From: Leidyana gryllorum EB-2025a
Lineage: Eukaryota > Protista > Apicomplexa
Length of the DNA: 63,272 bases
Direction: 5' to 3'
Assembly: GCA_048772705.1 (NCBI GenBank)
Contig: JBLWGC010000138.1
Location: forward strand, 1-63,272
In this document: positions 1-10,860 of the stretch, piece after piece
How the letters are laid out: the number at the start of each line of letters is the position of its first letter
Position numbering within the stretch: position 1 is the stretch's first letter
Notes under the pieces: generated by a model
Databases searched by the model: none
What the model saw: the letters and a program-made list of their open reading frames with translations, nothing else
Told to the model about the DNA's origin: nothing
Position numbers and translations under genes: made by a program

Positions 1-1
1 C

Positions 2-352
2 CTTGATTCGTTGCTCGAAGTCTACGAACCATTGGTCGATTGAGCCTGGTCTACTCAACGACAACATGGGGAGGTCATTATACTTGACCGTCGGGAGCCT
101 CCTGGTTTCTTGGCGTTCTGTACGGTCTGGGCGTTCCGTACGAGCGAGCATAGCAACCTCTGTATGTTGCTGGAGGCATCGAGTATACTCGCGGCGCTCT
201 GTTCCCAACCGCTCCATAACCAATTGCTGCGAGCGCACCATTTCCATCATGAGTGTCATCATGTGGCGGGCGTCGATGGGGGTTTCCGCAGGCTGTTCCG
301 TATTGCGGGGAGAAGCGGTATGCGAAGTGGCTTGCTCTTGATTGGCGGACAT
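2..352 (-). CDS. N-terminal part of gag-like ORF of LTR retrotransposon (runs off the window start)
   Basis: ATG at 352, open to position 2 (117 codons: MSANQEQATSHTASP...LPTVKYNDLPMLSLSRPGSIDQWFVDFEQRIK). Lies downstream of LTR and PBS on the same strand; I..WF..FE motif resembles retrotransposon capsids. Absent from ORF track because it has no stop in the window. Confidence 0.7.
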   Translation of the reverse strand, partial: MSANQEQATSHTASPRNTEQPAETPIDARHMMTLMMEMVRSQQLVMERLGTERREYTRCLQQHTEVAMLARTERPDRTERQETRRLPTVKYNDLPMLSLSRPGSIDQWFVDFEQRIK

Positions 353-1470
353 GTTTACTTAGTAAGTAAAGAAGTAACTTCACAACGAATGCTTAAGCCG
401 TAGTGAATGCTCAACAACGAATGCTTAGTGAATTGCAGTTGAATTCTTTTTATTCATACTGCTTTGTGTGCGTGTCTCTGCGAGACAGCAACATTGGCGC
501 CTCTTACGAGTGCTGCCTTTGTAGACGTTTTAGTAACCGTAGACGACGCTTCACGTCAGCACTTGAGTCGTTTTTCATTGGGCGAGGACTTATGTCCTTA
601 CTTACATAACACCGACACAGATGTTACCCGTATAACGACTTTACTTCATGCTGAGACGCGTAGTGCGCCGGTGGTTCCCATTAGACCACCCTTGACAGTT
701 GCTAGAGCTCGTCGGTTCCGGAGTTGGCGCTCCTTCACCGGTTTCCCACTGGTGCACCCAGGATGCCCTAGCCCTTCCAAGTTCACCTTTCTGGATGTTC
801 GGCGGCTACAGAAGCACACACCTACTTGCCGCTAAGCAGGTACCGGTCGGTACACATACACTTAGAGGCCCCAGTCCGGATTCCAAGAGGAACTAGGCTC
901 CCTCTCAAGTTGAGCCAAACTAGCATACTGCGCGTTGCCAAACCCTTCGATTCCCAGCGAAGAAAAGGGGTTTGTTACGACAGCTCCCCGGCTCGCCGGG
1001 TTGACTGATCGCACTGTAGGTTCTCTACAGCCAGCCTTTTAACAGATTTCGGACTTAAGTCCCCGCGACTCTGCGTACGTACAATGTTCGCTACTAGGCC
1101 TGCCTGCCTTTCACTGAACACTCGCTGTCCTTAAAGGTACAGCTATGAGCCGAGGCTTTTAGTCCTACAGCCACATGTCGACTCCTGCTCCGGCTTATGC
1201 CCGGACGTCCCCCCTCCTTCTGGGAACTGGTGCTCCGTCACCTGATCATTTCGTGTTTGACTTAGAGAAAAATGAAGGTAACTTAGCCTAAACCAGCTTT
1301 CCGAACCCCAGGGTGATGGGTTTTCGACTTAGCAGAATTCGCGATCCGCTCGCCTGGCGGTCCGCGCGACTTAGCGGATTTTTCGTTGGCCGTCCCGACG
1401 CCTCTTCCGTGACGATCCCACGACCCTCTCCGTGTGGCTGCTTGTGTGGCGATTTCTGCACAAGATGGCG

Positions 1471-1483
1471 GGCCGAGGCACCA
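1471..1483 (-). promoter_or_regulatory. Primer-binding site complementary to tRNA-Phe(GAA) 3' end
   Basis: Minus strand TGGTGCCTCGGCC, 2 nt after the LTR; matches GGCCGAGGCA+CCA of the tRNA-Phe at 10442, 30871 and 48765. Confidence 0.85.
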
Positions 1484-1485
1484 CG

Positions 1486-2086
1486 TGTTGTAACCCCAAG
1501 TCGCTACTCGAGGGGAACGAGGCCCAGTTCTCATCCCTGCATACTTTCGACCACAAGTCAGACTTAGAACCAAGTTAGTATTTTTGCCGACAAGTCTACC
1601 ACGAATATGTCGCACACGACGGCGCAAAACAAGAACTACGACTTGTTGTACCAAGTGCAAAAGTTATCTTAGGCCGCCTCTTGCCTAGTCCAACTCTGAC
1701 TTAGCCAACTTGCTTGCGTGTGTCTCTCGCTCTGGTGTCTCTCTCACTCCACCCATGTGCCAGTCGCTCGCACTCTTGCGGAGCCTCGCGCTGGACACAC
1801 ACGGTAGTTCTCCCCGACACCACACTCTGATCATTCATGTGAGTGTCTGCACAGTTACACTGTTGCAGAGAGCTCGGACCACTAGGGTGCATTTGCCTTT
1901 ACGCTTTAGTAGTGGTTGCTTTACGTTCGTTAATAATGCCTTTTCACCATCTTATACATGCCCCTATATAAGTGCCAAATATGTAGGGAAGTATCCAGAT
2001 GGATGTTAATTCGATTGGAAATTTCACCAAGTCGAATCTGGCCACCCGATAGGAAGTTGACCATCAGGCAAACACGAACTACAACA
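1486..2086 (-). repeat. 5' LTR, family A (601 bp)
   Basis: TGTTGTA...TACAACA termini; closely related copies at 16633-17238 and 53109-53682; TATATA near 1965-1970. Confidence 0.9.
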
Positions 2087-2142
2087 CCTGGAATCTCAAG
2101 ATGGAAGGACTTCTGGGGTTTCAGGCCGGTGTGTTCGGAGCG

Positions 2143-2214
2143 TCCGAGATAGTATAGTGGTTAGTATTTCCGCCTGTCACGCGAAAGACCCGTGTTCGAT
2201 TCCCGGTCTCGGAG
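2143..2214 (+). tRNA. trnD: tRNA-Asp(GTC), 2 substitutions
   Basis: TCCGAGATAG...CTGTCAC...TCTCGGAG. Confidence 0.8.
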
Positions 2215-2269
2215 CACAGTTGATCTCGCTTAAGATTGTCTTTTTTGGTGCCCGCTGAAAGTTTCGAGC

Positions 2270-2341
2270 TACAGCCACCGAGGATCGAACTCGGAACCTT
2301 CGCGTGTTAAGCAGACGTCGTAACCACTAGACCATGGCTGC
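2270..2341 (-). tRNA. trnV: tRNA-Val(AAC), slightly degenerate
   Basis: Matches window Val consensus. Confidence 0.75.
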
Positions 2342-2513
2342 ATGGATGGTCCCCGCAGCCCAAGAGAAGTGGCGATGCTTCAGGGAGTAGTGAGGACCAG
2401 TTCAAGGGTCGCGCCGGGACCGAAGCTCGGACTTGGTAACAAATTCCAGTCGTATTGATGGTGGAATCTTTCCGAGACGGTTCGGCCGGCCGAAGCCTAA
2501 ACTCGAGCACTTG

Positions 2514-2586
2514 TCCACTGTAGTCTAAGTGGCTAGGATATGCGGCTCTCACCCGCACGATCCGGGTTGAAGTCCCGGCAGTGGAA
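2514..2586 (+). tRNA. trnE: tRNA-Glu(CTC), T-loop substitution
   Basis: TCCACTGTAG...CTCTCAC...CAGTGGAA. Confidence 0.8.
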
Positions 2587-2662
2587 GTCATTGAAGTACT
2601 CGAGCAAAGTGCTCCACTAATCTCCGTCAGTAGCCATCGTTTCGTTGTCTCCAACTTACATT

Positions 2663-2734
2663 GCCTTCGAAGCTTAGGGGCAGAGCGTTCGCTTCCTAAA
2701 CGAGAAGGCGCCGGCTCGATTCCGGCAGAAGGCT
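2663..2734 (+). pseudogene. degenerate tRNA-Thr
   Basis: Thr body with several substitutions. Confidence 0.65.
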
Positions 2735-2802
2735 TTGATGCATCGATAGGCTTATAAAGAATGGCTGTCCACCAGGTACAAGAGTCAACAGAATCGTGTT
2801 CT

Positions 2803-2873
2803 GCATCTGTGGTCTAGTGGAAGAGTCTCTCGCTGCCATCAAGATAACCCGTGTGCGATTCCCGACAGATGCA
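2803..2873 (+). pseudogene. degenerate tRNA-Gly(GCC)
   Basis: Gly body, broken stems. Confidence 0.65.
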
Positions 2874-2917
2874 AAACGATAGCATGATGAGTTTGTCGGC
2901 GATTTCGATTCCGACCC

Positions 2918-2990
2918 TGGGAGTGGAGAGGATCGAACTCTCGACTTCAGGATTATGAGACCTACGCGCTACCGACTGCGCTACACTCCC
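2918..2990 (-). tRNA. trnM: tRNA-Met(CAT) elongator
   Basis: GGGAGTGTAGCGCAG...CTCATAA...CACTCCCA. Confidence 0.9.
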
Positions 2991-3065
2991 CCCCGACTGT
3001 CTCCGAAGAATCACCCGAACCCAGAACCATGCTGCCAGGCAGGTTGGGTCAAGATACAACAAAGC

Positions 3066-3136
3066 GGGCTGTTCTGGGAATCGAACCCAGCACTCAATCC
3101 ACCCTAAGGAAGGATATACCACTAGACCAAACAGCT
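3066..3136 (-). pseudogene. degenerate tRNA-Pro(AGG)
   Basis: Pro body with indels. Confidence 0.65.
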
Positions 3137-3224
3137 GACTGGTCGGTGGTGCAATCCGCGGGTAGAGTCGAGAGAGTGGTCATGCTATGTTGGCAACCGA
3201 TAAATGCGATGGGGACTGCACGTC

Positions 3225-3296
3225 GGGCGACTGGCTCAGATGGTAAAGCGCTCGCTTAGCATGCGAAAGGTATGGGATCGATGTCCAGGTCGTCCA
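3225..3296 (+). pseudogene. degenerate tRNA-Ala(AGC)
   Basis: Ala body with substitutions. Confidence 0.7.
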
Positions 3297-3569
3297 AACT
3301 TCGTACGGCTGCACCTGCCGCTATGCATTTACCGAGTTGAGAGCCTTTGATTGTGCCCTGTAGCCCTTGGATAGACTTTGGCATCGCAATACGGTCTAGG
3401 GTGCCTGAGACCGCGGACCTGCGACTTAGTATTTAACAATCACACGCTTTGCCCACTGCGCTACAAGAGCCAGTTGAATATTTTGGAGGTTAGTAGAAAA
3501 ACCCGTTTTGCATGTGTGGGGAAGCTCTAGTCCGGATGGCTCTATCAACTCTTTGAGAAGGGCTAAATC

Positions 3570-3641
3570 GGTTGCGTGGTGTAGTGGTTAGCACTGGAGA
3601 CTTTGAATCTCCCGACCTGGGTTCGATTCCCGGCGCGACCT
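3570..3641 (+). tRNA. trnQ: tRNA-Gln(TTG)
   Basis: GGTTGCG...CTTTGAA...CGCGACCT, intact cloverleaf. Confidence 0.9.
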
Positions 3642-3704
3642 TGAAACTAGTCCTCACTACTTCGTGAAACCTCCCCACTTGCTTTGGTCTGCGGGACCTG
3701 CCGT

Positions 3705-3777
3705 GCAGCCATGGTCTAGTGGTTACGACGTCTGCTTCACACGCAGAAGGTCCCGAGTTCGATCCTCGGTGGCTGTA
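3705..3777 (+). tRNA. trnV: tRNA-Val(CAC)
   Basis: Intact cloverleaf, loop TTCACAC. Confidence 0.9.
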
Positions 3778-4044
3778 GCTCGCAACTTTCAGCGAGAACC
3801 AAAGGAGAGAATCTTAAGCGAAACCACCTGCGCTCCGAGACCGGGAATCGAACCCCGGTCTTCCGAGTGTCAGGCGGAAATTCTAACCACTAGATTATCT
3901 CGGCCGCTCTAAATACGCCGGCCTCCAACTCCAAAAGTCTTTCCACTTTGTTGTGCAGACCCCATCGCAAATTCCAGTCGTATTGATGGTGGAATCTTTC
4001 CGAGACGGTTCGGCTCTCGGCCGAAGCCTAAACTCGAGCACTTG

Positions 4045-4118
4045 TCCACTGTAGTCTAAGTGGCTAGGATAGGCGGCTTTCACCCGCACGAATCCGGCAT
4101 CAAGTCCCGGCAGTGGAA
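4045..4118 (+). pseudogene. degenerate tRNA-Glu(TTC)
   Basis: T-arm damaged. Confidence 0.7.
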
Positions 4119-4178
4119 ATCCAGCAGAGTGTGCTTGTAGGCAACGGTTCCATTCCTACTCCCAGAGACATTGATTTG

Positions 4179-4251
4179 CACCGCCCGCGGGGCTCGAACC
4201 CGCGACTGCAAGATTAAAAGTCTTGCGCTCTACCGACTGAGCTAGGGCGGC
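4179..4251 (-). tRNA. trnK: tRNA-Lys(TTT)
   Basis: GCCGCCCTAGCTCAG...CTTTTAA...GGGCGGTG. Confidence 0.9.
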
Positions 4252-4379
4252 AAGGAAGCTCTAAACTTAGTTACACCCTATTTGCCGGTATGTGGAGCAG
4301 TGGAAGTATTGAGTGGTGGAACAATGTGCTTCAGTAACTTCCGTCAATAGGGACTCATTCGTGATGTCCAGTTAACATG

Positions 4380-4449
4380 GCCTTCTTAGCTTGGGGCAGA
4401 GCATTCGCTTAGTAAGCGAAAGGTCGCCGGTTCGATTCCGGCAGAGGCT
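4380..4449 (+). tRNA. trnT: tRNA-Thr(AGT), small deletions
   Basis: Thr consensus. Confidence 0.7.
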
Positions 4450-4498
4450 TTGCTCGCGAGGCAATCTATTCTATAACTGTTCGCCTTCTGCGCAAACT

Positions 4499-4569
4499 TA
4501 GCAGTGCGTCGTTTCGATCGACGGACCTTTGGATTACGAGCCCAACACTTTTCACTGAGCTACACTGCT
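4499..4569 (-). pseudogene. initiator tRNA-Met body, anticodon mutated to CGT
   Basis: AGCAGTG acceptor, GATC T-loop. Confidence 0.7.
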
Positions 4570-4709
4570 GAGTCTGCAACATGGAAGAAGTAGCCGAAAT
4601 GCAATTCTCGAGATGTTAGTTGCCCTGACTGCCCTACCAAAGTGGGCTAATGAAATGCTGTGTTGGTTCTGAGGGCAACTTGTCCCGTCGGGTCACCCGA
4701 CAACCAAGA

Positions 4710-4782
4710 GGGCTGTTCTGGGAATCGAACCCAGGACTTCTTCCCACCCAAAGGAAGAATCATACCACTAGACCAAACAGCC
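4710..4782 (-). tRNA. trnP: tRNA-Pro(TGG), 1-nt insertion
   Basis: Pro consensus. Confidence 0.75.
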
Positions 4783-5041
4783 GAATGGGAAGGGGGATAC
4801 AACCGGCTACGTACAGCCGTAAACTCGAAGTGTGGCTAATTCGTCCTGAAATGAGTACCGTTGCGCAGAATGGGACCCGCACCCATGCAGACTTGCGCCT
4901 ACCAGTATGTGGCAAGATGCCCTAGTGGGTAAGGCGCTATTTTCAGACCCCACTCACATGGTCGTGAGTATCTTTCTCCCGCCCTTGAAAGGGCACTGGC
5001 TACCCGCAGAAACCCCAGACTACTTATTTCGACGCTGCATT

Positions 5042-5122
5042 GCGAGAATGCCCGGGAGGTTAAGGGGGTGGCCTTAAGATCCACTGGTCAATTCCGCCTG
5101 GGTTCGAACCCCACTTCTCGCA
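5042..5122 (+). pseudogene. tRNA-Leu(TAA)-like, degenerate; only copy of this body seen
   Basis: GCGAGAA/TTCTCGC acceptor, loop CTTAAGA, long variable region. Confidence 0.65.
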
Positions 5123-5921
5123 TAAGGAGGCAAGTGTCGGGGGAGGGGAATGGAACGGTCGACTACCTGCCGCACCCGCCGCAGTCAGATGCTGTACCAA
5201 GTGAGCGAACGCCTGTCGTGTGACCCTTGGACATCGAGGTTTGTCCGCCGAACCGCACCGTTTGAGTGAGCACCAAACGAAGTCTAAAGCGGAACGAGCT
5301 GTGCTGTAAGACGGGCAGTCGAACCCAGGTCTTCCGCGTGACGCGCGAAAATACTAAGGACTCCGGTCGACCTGCCCAATGACTTGCATGACTCCACCCT
5401 GAGGCAAATAGAGTGTAACTTAGTTCAGAGTTTCCTTGTCATCCTAGCTCAGTCGGTGGAGCGCGAGCCTCTTAATCTTGCAGTCGCAGAGTGAAGTCCC
5501 ATGGGCGGTGCGGACGAGTGGGCCGGGGAGTAAGAATGCAGTATGTTGCCTACAAGCACACCCATCTGCATTTGCGCTGCCGAGACTCGAACCGGGATGG
5601 TGCGGGTTGGCGCCACACAAACTAGCCACCGAGACCATAGTGGACACGTCACCAAAGTTGCACTGACGAATGGGGGCAGAAAAGGCCTGAGAATTTTGCA
5701 ACCCCCTCAGGTCGTTATCGAGACCGAGAGACCAGCCCGAAAAGCTTAAGCTTGTGAGCAAAACCTTCTGCCGGAATCGAACCGGCGACCTTTCGCTTAA
5801 GCGAATGCTCTGCCCCTGAAGCTAAGAAGGCAATACAAGCCGGGAGTCACGCATCAGTCCCTATTGACACAAGAGCACTTTGATCGAGTACTCTAATGAC
5901 CTTCCAGGGGATATAGATCCA

Positions 5922-5994
5922 CACCGCCCGCGGGGCTCGAACCCGCGACTGCAAGATTAAGAGTCTTGCGCTCTACCGACTGAGCTAGGGCGGC
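5922..5994 (-). tRNA. trnK: tRNA-Lys(CTT)
   Basis: Intact cloverleaf. Confidence 0.9.
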
Positions 5995-6114
5995 AGGAAA
6001 GCAAGGACACAAAACCCGATAGCCTGACATCTAAAGTGGCTTTGGTACCCACCAGCCTCACATAGTGAGACGAGTCTCTCGACTGTACCCAGCGGGTTGA
6101 ACCACCGACAAGGT

Positions 6115-6186
6115 GGCTGTTTGGTCTAGTGGTATGATTCTTCCTTCGGGTGGAAGAAGTCCTGGGTTCGATTCCCAGAACAGCCC
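6115..6186 (+). tRNA. trnP: tRNA-Pro(CGG)
   Basis: GGCTGTT...TTCGGGT...AACAGCCC. Confidence 0.9.
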
Positions 6187-6287
6187 GTCTGATAGTTGTT
6201 GACGCAACAGGGCACTCGACCCATCCGGAACAGCTAAGACAGGATCTGAGTTGTTGACTCAACAGGCTGCAACCCGGGCATTCGCCC

Positions 6288-6360
6288 AGACGCTACTGGG
6301 ACTCGAACCCAGAATCCCCGGTTCCGTAGACCGATGCCATATCCATTAGGCCATAGCGCC
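6288..6360 (-). tRNA. trnR: tRNA-Arg(ACG)
   Basis: GGCGCTATGGCCTAATGG...CTACGGA. Confidence 0.9.
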
Positions 6361-6628
6361 GACTAGCGGAGCCGTCAAATGGAAGTGTGTAGCGATCAAG
6401 ACGACATGGGCAGCTACGCTCGATGGTGGGTCTGGACAGACTTCACCCACATCTCCCATTCGAGACATCGGGGACATACTATCCAAGCCAGGATTCGGGC
6501 CTGGGTATGCACGGCCACAACTTGCTGTTGTAAGCACCTAGACGACCCGGACAATCTTCAAGTGAGGCTGGTGGGTACCAAAGCCACTTAAGATGTCGGG
6601 CTATCGGGTTTTGTGTCCTTGCATTCCT

Positions 6629-6701
6629 GCCGCCCTAGCTCAGTCGGTAGAGCGCAAGACTCTTAATCTTGCAGTCGCGGGTTCGAGCCCCGCGGGCGGT
6701 G
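6629..6701 (+). tRNA. trnK: tRNA-Lys(CTT)
   Basis: Intact; inverted copy of 5922-5994. Confidence 0.9.
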
Positions 6702-6761
6702 TGCATCTATTTCCCTGGGAGTAAAAATGGAACTGTTGCCTACAAGCACACTCAGCTGGAG

Positions 6762-6834
6762 TTCCACTGCCGGGACTGGAACCCGGATCGTGCGGGTGGG
6801 AGCCGCATATCCTAGCCACTTAGACTACAGTGGA
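6762..6834 (-). tRNA. tRNA-Glu body with CCC anticodon (variant)
   Basis: Loop CTCCCAC instead of CTCTCAC; T-loop substitution. Confidence 0.7.
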
Positions 6835-7051
6835 CGAGTCACAACAGTTGCACTGACGAATGAGGCGCCAGAGAAGTGTCACTCGGTCTCAGATTGGAAG
6901 TTCACCTAGGTTTGGCGGGTGGGCGGCTATCTCAAGTGGTAGAGCGGTGACTTTGCACGCGAGAGGTCAGTTTAGACATCTATCAATGCCGCAGGGCAGG
7001 CTGAACATGGGGGTATTTGGTCACTTCCGCGACATGTCGAATTCGACAGGT

Positions 7052-7133
7052 GGCAACTTGCCCGAGTGGTTAAGGGGGTAGACTAGAAATCTACTGGGCC
7101 TGGCCCGCGCTGGTTCGAATCCAGCAGTTGTCG
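7052..7133 (+). tRNA. trnS: tRNA-Ser(AGA)
   Basis: 82 nt, long variable arm. Confidence 0.9.
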
Positions 7134-7457
7134 TGTTATGTGATCGGGCATCAACTCCATTCGGTCGTGGCTGTGCTATATCATTCCAGCTAGTCGCCCG
7201 CTGTGCAGACCCCATAGCAATTATTGGTTCTTGACATATTATGTCCGACGGGCTGTTTGGTCTAGTGCTGTGACCCCTCCTCAGGGTGGAGTCCTGGTTC
7301 GATTCCCAGCACAGCCCTCTTGGGCGTCGGTTGACCCGATCGGACAAGTTGCCCCAGAGCCAACACAGCCACCTCGTTAGCCCACTTCGGTAGGGCAGTC
7401 AGCGCAACTAACCTCTCGAGAATCGCATTTCGGCTACCTCTGACATGTTGCAGACTA

Positions 7458-7529
7458 AGCAGTGTAGCTCAGTGGAAGATTGTTGGGCTCATAACCCAAA
7501 GGTCCGTCGATCGAAACGACGCACTGCTA
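7458..7529 (+). tRNA. trnM: initiator tRNA-Met(CAT)
   Basis: A1-U72, GGG/CCC anticodon stem, GATC T-loop. Confidence 0.9.
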
Positions 7530-7576
7530 AGTGTGCGCAGAAGGGAACAGTTGTAGGATAGATTGGCTCGTGAGCA

Positions 7577-7648
7577 AGCCTTCTGCCGGAATCGAACCGG
7601 CGACCTTTCGCTTACTAAGCGAATGCTCTGCCCCTAAGCTAAGAAGGC
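7577..7648 (-). tRNA. trnT: tRNA-Thr(AGT)
   Basis: Intact. Confidence 0.9.
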
Positions 7649-7724
7649 AATGCAAGCCGGGAATCACGCATCAGTCCCTATTTACGCAAGTTATCAGAGC
7701 ACTTTGATCGAGTACTCTAATGAC

Positions 7725-7797
7725 TTCCACTGCCGGGACTTGAACCCGGATGGTGCGGGTGAAAGCCGCATATCCTAGCCACTTAGACTACAGTGGA
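7725..7797 (-). tRNA. trnE: tRNA-Glu(TTC)
   Basis: Near-intact. Confidence 0.85.
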
Positions 7798-7961
7798 CAA
7801 GTGCTCGAGTTTAGGCTTCGGCCGAGAGCCGGACCGTCTCGGAAAGATTCCACAAGACTTTTGAAGGGAGAACCGCGGGTTCGGGCGGCGCGAGCAGTCC
7901 TAGTAAAAGCTTGCTGAACCGTATGTGAAGCCACTGGCCGCAAAATGCCAAGTTCGACAAC

Positions 7962-8043
7962 GGCAACTTGCCCGAGTGGTTAAGGGGGTAGACTAGAAAT
8001 CTACTGGGCCGGGCCCGCGCTGGTTCAAATCCAGCAGTTGTCG
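7962..8043 (+). tRNA. trnS: tRNA-Ser(AGA)
   Basis: Intact. Confidence 0.9.
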
Positions 8044-8229
8044 TGCGATGTGGTTGGAGGGTTAAACACCAACTCATTTCTGAATGTGGACCATTAGGCC
8101 ATAGCGCCGACTAGCGGAGCCGTCAAATGGGAGTGTGTAGCGATCAAGACAGGACATGGGCAGCTACGCCCGATGGTGGGTGTGGACAGACTTCACCCAC
8201 ATCTCCCATTCGAGACATCGGGGACATAC

Positions 8230-8301
8230 TATCCAAGCCAGGATTCGAGCCTGGGTTTGCACGGCCACAACGTGCTGTCCTAACCACTAGACGACTCGGA
8301 C
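8230..8301 (-). tRNA. trnH: tRNA-His(GTG), acceptor substitutions
   Basis: Loop TTGTGGC. Confidence 0.75.
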
Positions 8302-8557
8302 AAATCTTTGAGCGAGGCGTAGAGGTAGCGCAGCATTGATCAGGATGGGATGGAACAGCCACTCCTCAACTTCGGGTGGAACGGAATTTACTCGTGGAAT
8401 ATCTGATGCCACCACTACAGTCAGATACGTTACCATCTAAGCAGCCCGGGCCGTAAGGGTACTTCGGGGTGGCACACCGCAGCCAGAACGACATCGGCGG
8501 TCGCAACGGAAGCCATTAACACTCTGGAACTCAGAAGGAAAGTAACCATGTGTCCTC

Positions 8558-8628
8558 TGCATCTGCCGGGAATCGAACCCGGGTCGTCTCGATGGCAACG
8601 AGACATTCTACCACTAGACCACAGATGC
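8558..8628 (-). tRNA. trnG: tRNA-Gly(GCC)
   Basis: Intact, 71 nt. Confidence 0.9.
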
Positions 8629-8724
8629 GTAACACCTTGTTGTTGGAGCTCGTACACAATAACGGCCGTTTTGCTTCGAATGAGAAGACAGGGTCAAGTT
8701 GAGCGAGCTTGAGAGGCGCCTCGT

Positions 8725-8796
8725 GGGTACGTAACTCAGTGGTAGAGCATTTGACTGCAGATCAGCAAGTCCGTGGTTCAACTTCGCGCGTGCCCT
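8725..8796 (+). tRNA. trnC: tRNA-Cys(GCA), few substitutions
   Basis: Loop CTGCAGA. Confidence 0.8.
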
Positions 8797-8913
8797 GAAG
8801 TTGAGATGAAACGCTGGAAGATGTTAAACCAACATTCCTGACCATAAGGGGTTGCAGAATCCTGCGCCAGCAAGAGGCGGGTTCCTATATTAACCTCTGA
8901 AACATTGTAGCTG

Positions 8914-8986
8914 GGTCTTGTAGCTCAGTCGGCAGAGCGTGTGGCTGTCAACCACAAAGTCGCAGGTGCGAAACCTGCCAGGACCG
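8914..8986 (+). pseudogene. tRNA-Asn body with GTC anticodon
   Basis: Asn consensus, loop CTGTCAA, T-loop mutated. Confidence 0.7.
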
Positions 8987-9101
8987 CTTTCAGAGGCACC
9001 CTAAACATTGACTGCGCTGCTCTCCCAATGGCACTTGTGGTCTGCGACCCTTCAAAGATGTAAGGTGGTTTGGATCCCGCCACGTGCAGCCGTACGTACT
9101 T

Positions 9102-9174
9102 TGGACGACCTGGGCATCGATCCCAGTACCTCTCGCATGCTAACCGAGCGCGCTACCATTTGAGCTAGTCGCCC
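9102..9174 (-). tRNA. trnA: tRNA-Ala(AGC), 2 substitutions
   Basis: G3:U70 present. Confidence 0.8.
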
Positions 9175-9289
9175 ATTCAGCAAACCCCCGTACATCCAGT
9201 TCTTTTTACATGGTATGACCAATCTCCCAACTGCATCAATCACTTTCACCAGTTTGTGCTCCACTTTGCACAAACGAAGGCACGCAGGA

Positions 9290-9362
9290 AACGGCTGGAG
9301 GGACTCGAACCCTCAACCTTTGCCTTAGGAGGGCAACGCGCTATCCATTGCGCCACAACCGC
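9290..9362 (-). tRNA. trnR: tRNA-Arg(CCT)
   Basis: GCGGTTGTGGCGCAATGG...CTCCTAA. Confidence 0.9.
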
Positions 9363-9462
9363 ATTCGGGACGCATCCGACTTTTGAGTGGGACGAAAGCG
9401 GGCTGCCCCGAGGTGTCTCCTCTTTCACCCAACCAGTATCCAGATGACCGAAGCCTATCCAT

Positions 9463-9535
9463 TTTGCGGTGGCCTAATGGAGAGGGCATCGGTCTTCGGA
9501 ACCGGGAGTTGTGGGTTCGAGTCCCATCCGCATCA
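9463..9535 (+). tRNA. trnR: tRNA-Arg(TCG), 5' end mutated
   Basis: Loop CTTCGGA. Confidence 0.75.
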
Positions 9536-9705
9536 TAGCCTCTCACTCGGAAGACGTTCTGTTTCGACCGAGGCAAGCTTGCTAGCTGTATGGGGAGCCA
9601 CCACCGCGTATGTCGAGTTGAAGTGCTAGTGATATGATTTTCCTGCGAAAGTCCCGCAGCCCAAGAGAAGTGGCGAAGTTTCAGGAGTAGTGAGGACCAG
9701 TTCCG

Positions 9706-9777
9706 AGGTCGCGCCGGGAATCGAACCCAGGTCGGGAGATTCAGAGTCTCCAGTGCTAACCACTACACCACGCAACC
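9706..9777 (-). tRNA. trnQ: tRNA-Gln(CTG)
   Basis: Intact. Confidence 0.9.
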
Positions 9778-10441
9778 GCTTCAGCCCATCCCAAAAGAGT
9801 CGGTACAGCCATCCGGACCAGCGCACCTTCCGTCGGGATTCCCGTGCGAACTGTCAGGGTCTAGGTACACCCCCTTCTCGATGTCAGTATTTGGCTCTTG
9901 GAATGACTGTTTGGCGGGGTGGACGAAGGTCTGAGCGGCCGCTTCAATCCCAGTTATGGGGTTTTGCTGTGCACATCACTCGCTCTTTCGGCTAGTGACT
10001 GTTCACCTCAACTCTGAAGCGGTCACATATTCCAGTCGGTTAGAGCGTGAGCCTGATAACTTCCGAGTCCGCGACTGGAGCCCGCGCGTGACCAAGTGAG
10101 TGGATCTCTGATACAGATTCGCCCTGCACCCGAGGAAGGCCCAAGATTCCACGATCAATACGAATGGAATTTGTTACTAAGTCCGAGCTTCGTTGCCGCC
10201 CCAAGTCCGTCGGTAGAGCGCCAGACTTTTTAAGGGAAAACCGCGGCTTCGCGCCGCGCGAGCAGTCCTAGTCAAGCTTGCTGAACCGTATGTGAAGCCA
10301 CAGGGCGCAAGATGTGCTGGATCTACACTAGTTCCTCACTCGGGCAAGTTGGCAACTGTCGATTCCGTCATGCTGCGAGGAGTGGGCTCACATACGGCCG
10401 CGATAAGTGCTTATTTTCACCGCCTTCCATGACTACCTACC

Positions 10442-10514
10442 GCCTCGGTAGCTCAGTTGCGAGAGCGCCAGACTGAAGATCTGGAAGTCCCGTGTTCGAT
10501 CCACGGCCGAGGCA
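10442..10514 (+). tRNA. trnF: tRNA-Phe(GAA), D-loop substitution
   Basis: Loop CTGAAGA. Confidence 0.85.
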
Positions 10515-10788
10515 GAGACGTTGTGACATTTGGTGTCACTATCTCAAGTGTCCTCAGCGGTTTGCACGACCGACAGGCGGCTGTTTGGTCTAGTGGTATG
10601 ATTCTTCTTTCGTGTGGAAGAAGGCCTGTGTTCGACTCCCAGAAGAGCCCGTCTGATAGTTGTTGACTGAATGCCACGTCTCTCCAAGGTCGGCTACCAT
10701 ACGCGGCTCCCACTCGTATAATCCCGGATGAAGTCCAGACCAGCTGAGACAAAATCTGAGTTGCAGCAGTTGTGAGGGGCTGGAACTG

Positions 10789-10860
10789 CTCCGAGACCGG
10801 GAATCGAACCCGGGTCTTCCGCGTGACAGGCGGAAATACTAACCACTATACTATCTCGGA
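10789..10860 (-). tRNA. trnD: tRNA-Asp(GTC)
   Basis: Intact. Confidence 0.9.

Larger units (their letters stand above)
1..2086 (-). mobile_element. LTR retrotransposon family A, 5' portion (LTR, PBS, leader, gag start)
   Basis: Canonical order LTR - 2 nt - PBS - ~1.1 kb leader - ORF on the minus strand. Confidence 0.85.

Noticed and set aside
3-403. Track ORFs 3-341 (+), 110-403 (+) and 78-383 (-)
   Set aside because: Shadows of the open minus-strand gag-like frame at 352-2.
380-435. Short direct repeat CAACGAATGCTTA upstream of gag
   Set aside because: Two copies only; ordinary retroelement leader sequence.
1283-2152. ORFs within the LTR (also at 16437-17331 and 53012-53528)
   Set aside because: Frames are not preserved between LTR copies; non-coding LTR sequence.
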